From NCBI GenBank assembly GCA_013152815.1, contig JAADFO010000053.1:1-27703 (forward strand): a stretch of DNA of 27,703 bases, written 5' to 3'. Below the pieces are notes generated by a model. The model ran no database searches. It saw only the letters and a list, made by a program, of their open reading frames with translations, and was not told where the DNA came from. Positions within the stretch are counted from its first letter, which is position 1; every line of letters starts with the position of its first letter. The translations under genes and the position numbers were made by a program. Of this stretch, positions 24,853 through 27,703 are shown piece after piece. This stretch comes from Nanobdellati archaeon. GTDB lineage: Archaea; Nanobdellota; Nanobdellia; Woesearchaeales; JAADFO01.

Positions 24853-25461
24853 ATGAAAGAGATAGCAAGAGGAGCTGAAGCAGTCATCTACAGAGACAGG
24901 GACATGGTGGTGAAGGAACGGATAGCCAAAGGATACCGGCTCAGGGAGATAGATGACAGGCTGCGGAAGTCTCGGACCAGGCGCGAGGCAAAAGTCTATG
25001 ACAAGCTCAAGGACCTTTCCTTCATCCCTGCCCTGGAAACCATGGACGACAAGGAGATGAGACTGGAGATCGAATACATCGCCGGCAAGAAACTGGCAGA
25101 CCATCTCGAGGGACTCGACTGGAAGAAGCTCTGCAGAGAGATCGGCAGGAAGATCGCAGAGCTCCACAACCGGCACATCATCCACGGCGACCTCACCACC
25201 TCCAACATGATCCTCAGGGAGAAGGATGGAAAGGTGTGTCTCATCGACTTCGGACTGTCGTTCTTCTCCCACAAGATCGAGGATATGGCCGTGGACCTGC
25301 ATCTCATCAGGGAGGCGTTGGAGTCGAAGCACCACACCATCCGGGAGCAGGGCTTCAGGGAACTGCTCAGAGGATATAAGGAAGAGGCGAAGGAAGCTGA
25401 GAAAGTGATCGCCCGGCTCGAACAGGTCGAAGCCAGGGGAAGGTACAAGACAAAGCATTAG
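24853..25461 (+). CDS. bud32: Bud32/PRPK (Kae1-associated serine/threonine kinase, KEOPS subunit).
   Basis: MKEIARGAEAVIY..., catalytic loop IIHGDLTTSNMIL, DFGLS; ~200-aa atypical kinase typical of archaeal Bud32. The track start 24715 is an upstream over-extension. Confidence 0.85.
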   Translation: MKEIARGAEAVIYRDRDMVVKERIAKGYRLREIDDRLRKSRTRREAKVYDKLKDLSFIPALETMDDKEMRLEIEYIAGKKLADHLEGLDWKKLCREIGRKIAELHNRHIIHGDLTTSNMILREKDGKVCLIDFGLSFFSHKIEDMAVDLHLIREALESKHHTIREQGFRELLRGYKEEAKEAEKVIARLEQVEARGRYKTKH

Positions 25462-25481
25462 GCGATATATTTAAAAAGGGC

Positions 25482-25754
25482 ATGGCGTTTCTCAGAGGCA
25501 TGGAAGGCACCATCGTCAATTTCCGTCAGGGAAGGCATCACCAGACCGACAACCAGCTCATCATCACCATACCCGGCTATGACAAGGAGAAGGCATCCTC
25601 ACTGGTCGGCAAGGAAGTGGTATGGAAGAGCCCTGCAGGCAAGGAGATGAAGGGCAGGATCTCTGCACCCCACGGCAATTCTGGTGCAGTACGGGCGTTG
25701 TTCGAGAAGGGCATGCCGGGCCAGTGCTTCGGCACCAAGGTCGATATCCGATAA
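25482..25754 (+). CDS. rpl35ae: Ribosomal protein L35Ae.
   Basis: GTIVNFRQG...VGKEVVWKS..GKEMKGRISAPHGNSGAVRALFEKGMPGQCFGTKV matches the L35Ae family pattern (HGnsGvvrAkF...lP..a.G). Confidence 0.85.
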   Translation: MAFLRGMEGTIVNFRQGRHHQTDNQLIITIPGYDKEKASSLVGKEVVWKSPAGKEMKGRISAPHGNSGAVRALFEKGMPGQCFGTKVDIR

Positions 25755-25835
25755 AACATCTTTATTCTCTCTTCCATCCACTCTTCTCCCGAGATCACCA
25801 TCTTGCTGGGCCCTTCTTCTTAGCACCCAATACTA

Positions 25836-26013
25836 TACCAAAAGGTATAAATACCAGATGGTATAAAGATACGATCGATGACCGAAAAGTATTTATATCT
25901 CAGTATACAAAAAGGTATATAGACCATATGGACTATCAGCGATCGATACGCAAAACATATATATGAGTATACTAAAAGGTATATAGGCCAAACGGTATAA
26001 GCGTGATGCGACA
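25836..26013 (+). repeat. Degenerate tandem array of ~67-bp units (about 2.7 copies), each with a BRE/TATA-like core aaaaggtata(a/t)a(t/g)(a/g)cca.a.gg and a gatcgat box.
   Basis: Unit starts (tac.aaaagg) at 25836, 25905 and 25971. The core resembles the promoter upstream of the RelE toxin-antitoxin operon (aaaaggtttatata). The array is intergenic between rpl35ae and the ATPase gene. Confidence 0.6.
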
Positions 26014-26823
26014 GTGAGCAGGGAAGCGACAACAGAGCAGGAATTCTTAGACAAGCATAGGTTCTCCTGTCTCACAGGACCCCTTCGTTCAGGCAAGACC
26101 TGGCAGCTCAGGAAGCATCACGACCATGCCGCTCTTTCTCTGTTTCTCGACCTTGAGCATTTCCCTCTGAGCCCGGAACTGTTCTCAATAACGCTTCTCG
26201 CCGAACTCAGGAACGTCGCACCCATCAAAGACAAGGCAAACATCGGCTTCATCGAGAACGAACTGGAAAAGATCAAGCCTGACCAGAAAGCCATCCTGGA
26301 AAGGGCGTTCGCTCTCCTTGACATCGTCGCCAAGGAACAGGGAAAGGAACTGCAGCTGCACCTCGACAATGTCGAGAGGCTCTTCGACCTGGAGAACTTC
26401 AGGGGCATCAGGGTCATGCCCTACCTCTCTGCCCTGAAACAGACAAAGGTGGCAGGAACCTCCAACTATCCCTCTTTCTGCAGAGAGAAGCTGAAAGGCT
26501 TCTCCTTCGAGACCCTGGCACACAGGACAGCAGGCAGGGAGAAGCTCGCCGCCTATTCTGAAGAGGGCCTGGTCTGCAGGCTGCACCTGGAACGGTCGCT
26601 GGGAAGGGCAAGAGGACAGACCCTGCTTGCAGCGCTCCTCCCCATCATCAGCGGGCAAGCAGCAACATTGACAGAACTGTCCAGGAAGATGTTCAGGTCT
26701 GCCCCGGTCACCAAATCATTATTGCAAAGGCTCATGGACGTCGACCTCATCGAGAGGAGGGACAGGAAGTTCTACATCAAAGATCCCCTGATGGACCGGT
26801 ATTTCAAGGAGGTGGAACGATGA
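26014..26823 (+). CDS. Archaeal-type P-loop ATPase (Arch_ATPase-like Walker A GPLRSGKT) with a probable C-terminal winged-helix (DUF234-like) domain.
   Basis: Walker A in the GxRRxGKT-like form characteristic of the archaeal ATPase family. C-terminus LLQRLMDVDLIERRDRKFYIKDPLMDRYF resembles the DUF234 wHTH. 269 aa. Confidence 0.55.
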   Translation: MSREATTEQEFLDKHRFSCLTGPLRSGKTWQLRKHHDHAALSLFLDLEHFPLSPELFSITLLAELRNVAPIKDKANIGFIENELEKIKPDQKAILERAFALLDIVAKEQGKELQLHLDNVERLFDLENFRGIRVMPYLSALKQTKVAGTSNYPSFCREKLKGFSFETLAHRTAGREKLAAYSEEGLVCRLHLERSLGRARGQTLLAALLPIISGQAATLTELSRKMFRSAPVTKSLLQRLMDVDLIERRDRKFYIKDPLMDRYFKEVER

Positions 26824-27703
26824 AAGCCTCCAGACTCCTCATCCTCCTCTTCACCCTCCTCGCCTCGACCGGTGTTGCCTCTGGCAAGAGCATCCTCGAC
26901 ACCATCACCCAGGCAACAGGAGGGATAAACACCCCCATCGTCATGACCGTCATCAATGCAGCCGTCCTGGGGATATTGTTCTTCATCGTCGTCTCCTTCG
27001 TCAAAGGGAAAGACGCAGACCAGAAGGTGGCCAACCAGCTCAACCTTGCCCTCCTGGCCATGGCCATCATCATCGCCATCGCCATCGGCGACAAGTTCAT
27101 CTGGAACGTCCCGTACGTGGCGAACTTCCTCCACGCCAAGGTGGCCATCAATACAGGCATCTACTTCGGATTGTTCTACCTCGCCTATGTCCTCTTCATC
27201 AAGAAGAAGGTCGAAGAGAAGGGAGCAGGCAGCAACATGGCAGCGATAATCGCCATCCTCATCCTCTCGCTCACCATCTCCATGGGCCCGTTCTCGGGCG
27301 ACAAGACCTGGGACCAGGTCGGCCCGTCCTACCAGTATCTCTGGCAGAAGGAAGATGTGGTCAGGCTGAGGTGGTTCGCCTTCGGCAACCCTGACACCGG
27401 GGACAGCAGATATACCAAGGCCGAAGTGGAACAGGCCATCAAGGCCGACAATCCAGACTATCCTTTGACAGGCGCAGGAAAGCCGGAGAAGGGTGAAAAA
27501 CCGGACTATTCGTCAGCCGTCCTCAAGGGGACAGGGCTCTTCATCTTCCTCTTCGGGACCCTGCTCCTCATCTGGCTCTTCTCCGAACTCGAGCTGAACA
27601 AGAACTTCACCCAGCTCAACTGGATACTGGCCATCTTCATCGCCTCCAACATCGCCAATGCGGGCATGGAAAAATCCACTTTTGTCAACCTGGCCATGGT
27701 GCT
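26819..27703 (+). CDS. Membrane protein with N-terminal signal peptide and several TM helices; truncated at the window end.
   Basis: Own translation from the ATG overlapping the previous stop (cgATGAaagcc): MKASRLLILLFTLLASTGVASG... continues open to 27703. Not in the track because edge-truncated. Confidence 0.6.

Noticed and set aside
25836-26013. CRISPR array.
   Set aside because: Only three degenerate ~67-bp units, no conserved repeat/unique spacer structure, and no cas genes. More consistent with iterated promoter modules.
1-27703. Possibility that the contig is bacterial (LspA, CFA-synthase-like methyltransferase, RelE).
   Set aside because: aIF-1A, Pth2, L35Ae, Bud32/KEOPS kinase, intron-containing tRNAs at 37/38 and BRE/TATA-like promoter elements are jointly diagnostic of Archaea.

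Overview
The window is an archaeal chromosomal segment. It encodes aIF-1A, Pth2, ribosomal protein L35Ae and Bud32/Kae1-associated kinase, and both tRNA genes carry introns at the canonical 37/38 position. The backbone appears GC-rich (roughly 55% by eye) and carries housekeeping genes: acylphosphatase, HIT hydrolase, M29 aminopeptidase, stomatin/SPFH, Pth2, aIF-1A, LspA, a KamA-family radical-SAM enzyme and a CFA-synthase-family methyltransferase. Two visibly AT-richer accessory islands sit next to the two tRNA genes. Island 1 (about 1.2-5.77 kb) ends at the 3' end of an intron-containing tRNA-Lys(CTT). It holds a tightly packed three-gene operon of unrecognisable proteins, the first of which ends in a C-terminal transmembrane segment, plus a RelE/ParE-type toxin-antitoxin pair. 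Island 2 (about 16.3-23.6 kb) ends at the 3' end of an intron-containing tRNA-Gln(CTG) and is delimited by three direct copies of the last 18-19 nt of that tRNA. It carries a HEPN/MNT toxin-antitoxin pair, a 1383-aa multidomain protein (GT4 glycosyltransferase domain plus a C-terminal phosphodiester-glycosidase/NAGPA-like domain), a second GT4 glycosyltransferase, and a 41-codon paralogous fragment of the giant gene's 5' end abutting one att-like repeat. The 5' side of tRNA-Gln holds a duplicated tRNA 5'-end fragment with its own BRE/TATA promoter and a DUF4258-like/YgiT-zinc-ribbon toxin-antitoxin pair. A three-unit ~67-bp tandem array of BRE/TATA-like elements precedes an archaeal P-loop ATPase gene. 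I found no rRNA, CRISPR array, integrase or transposase. All domain calls come from reading motifs in the translations, not from database searches.
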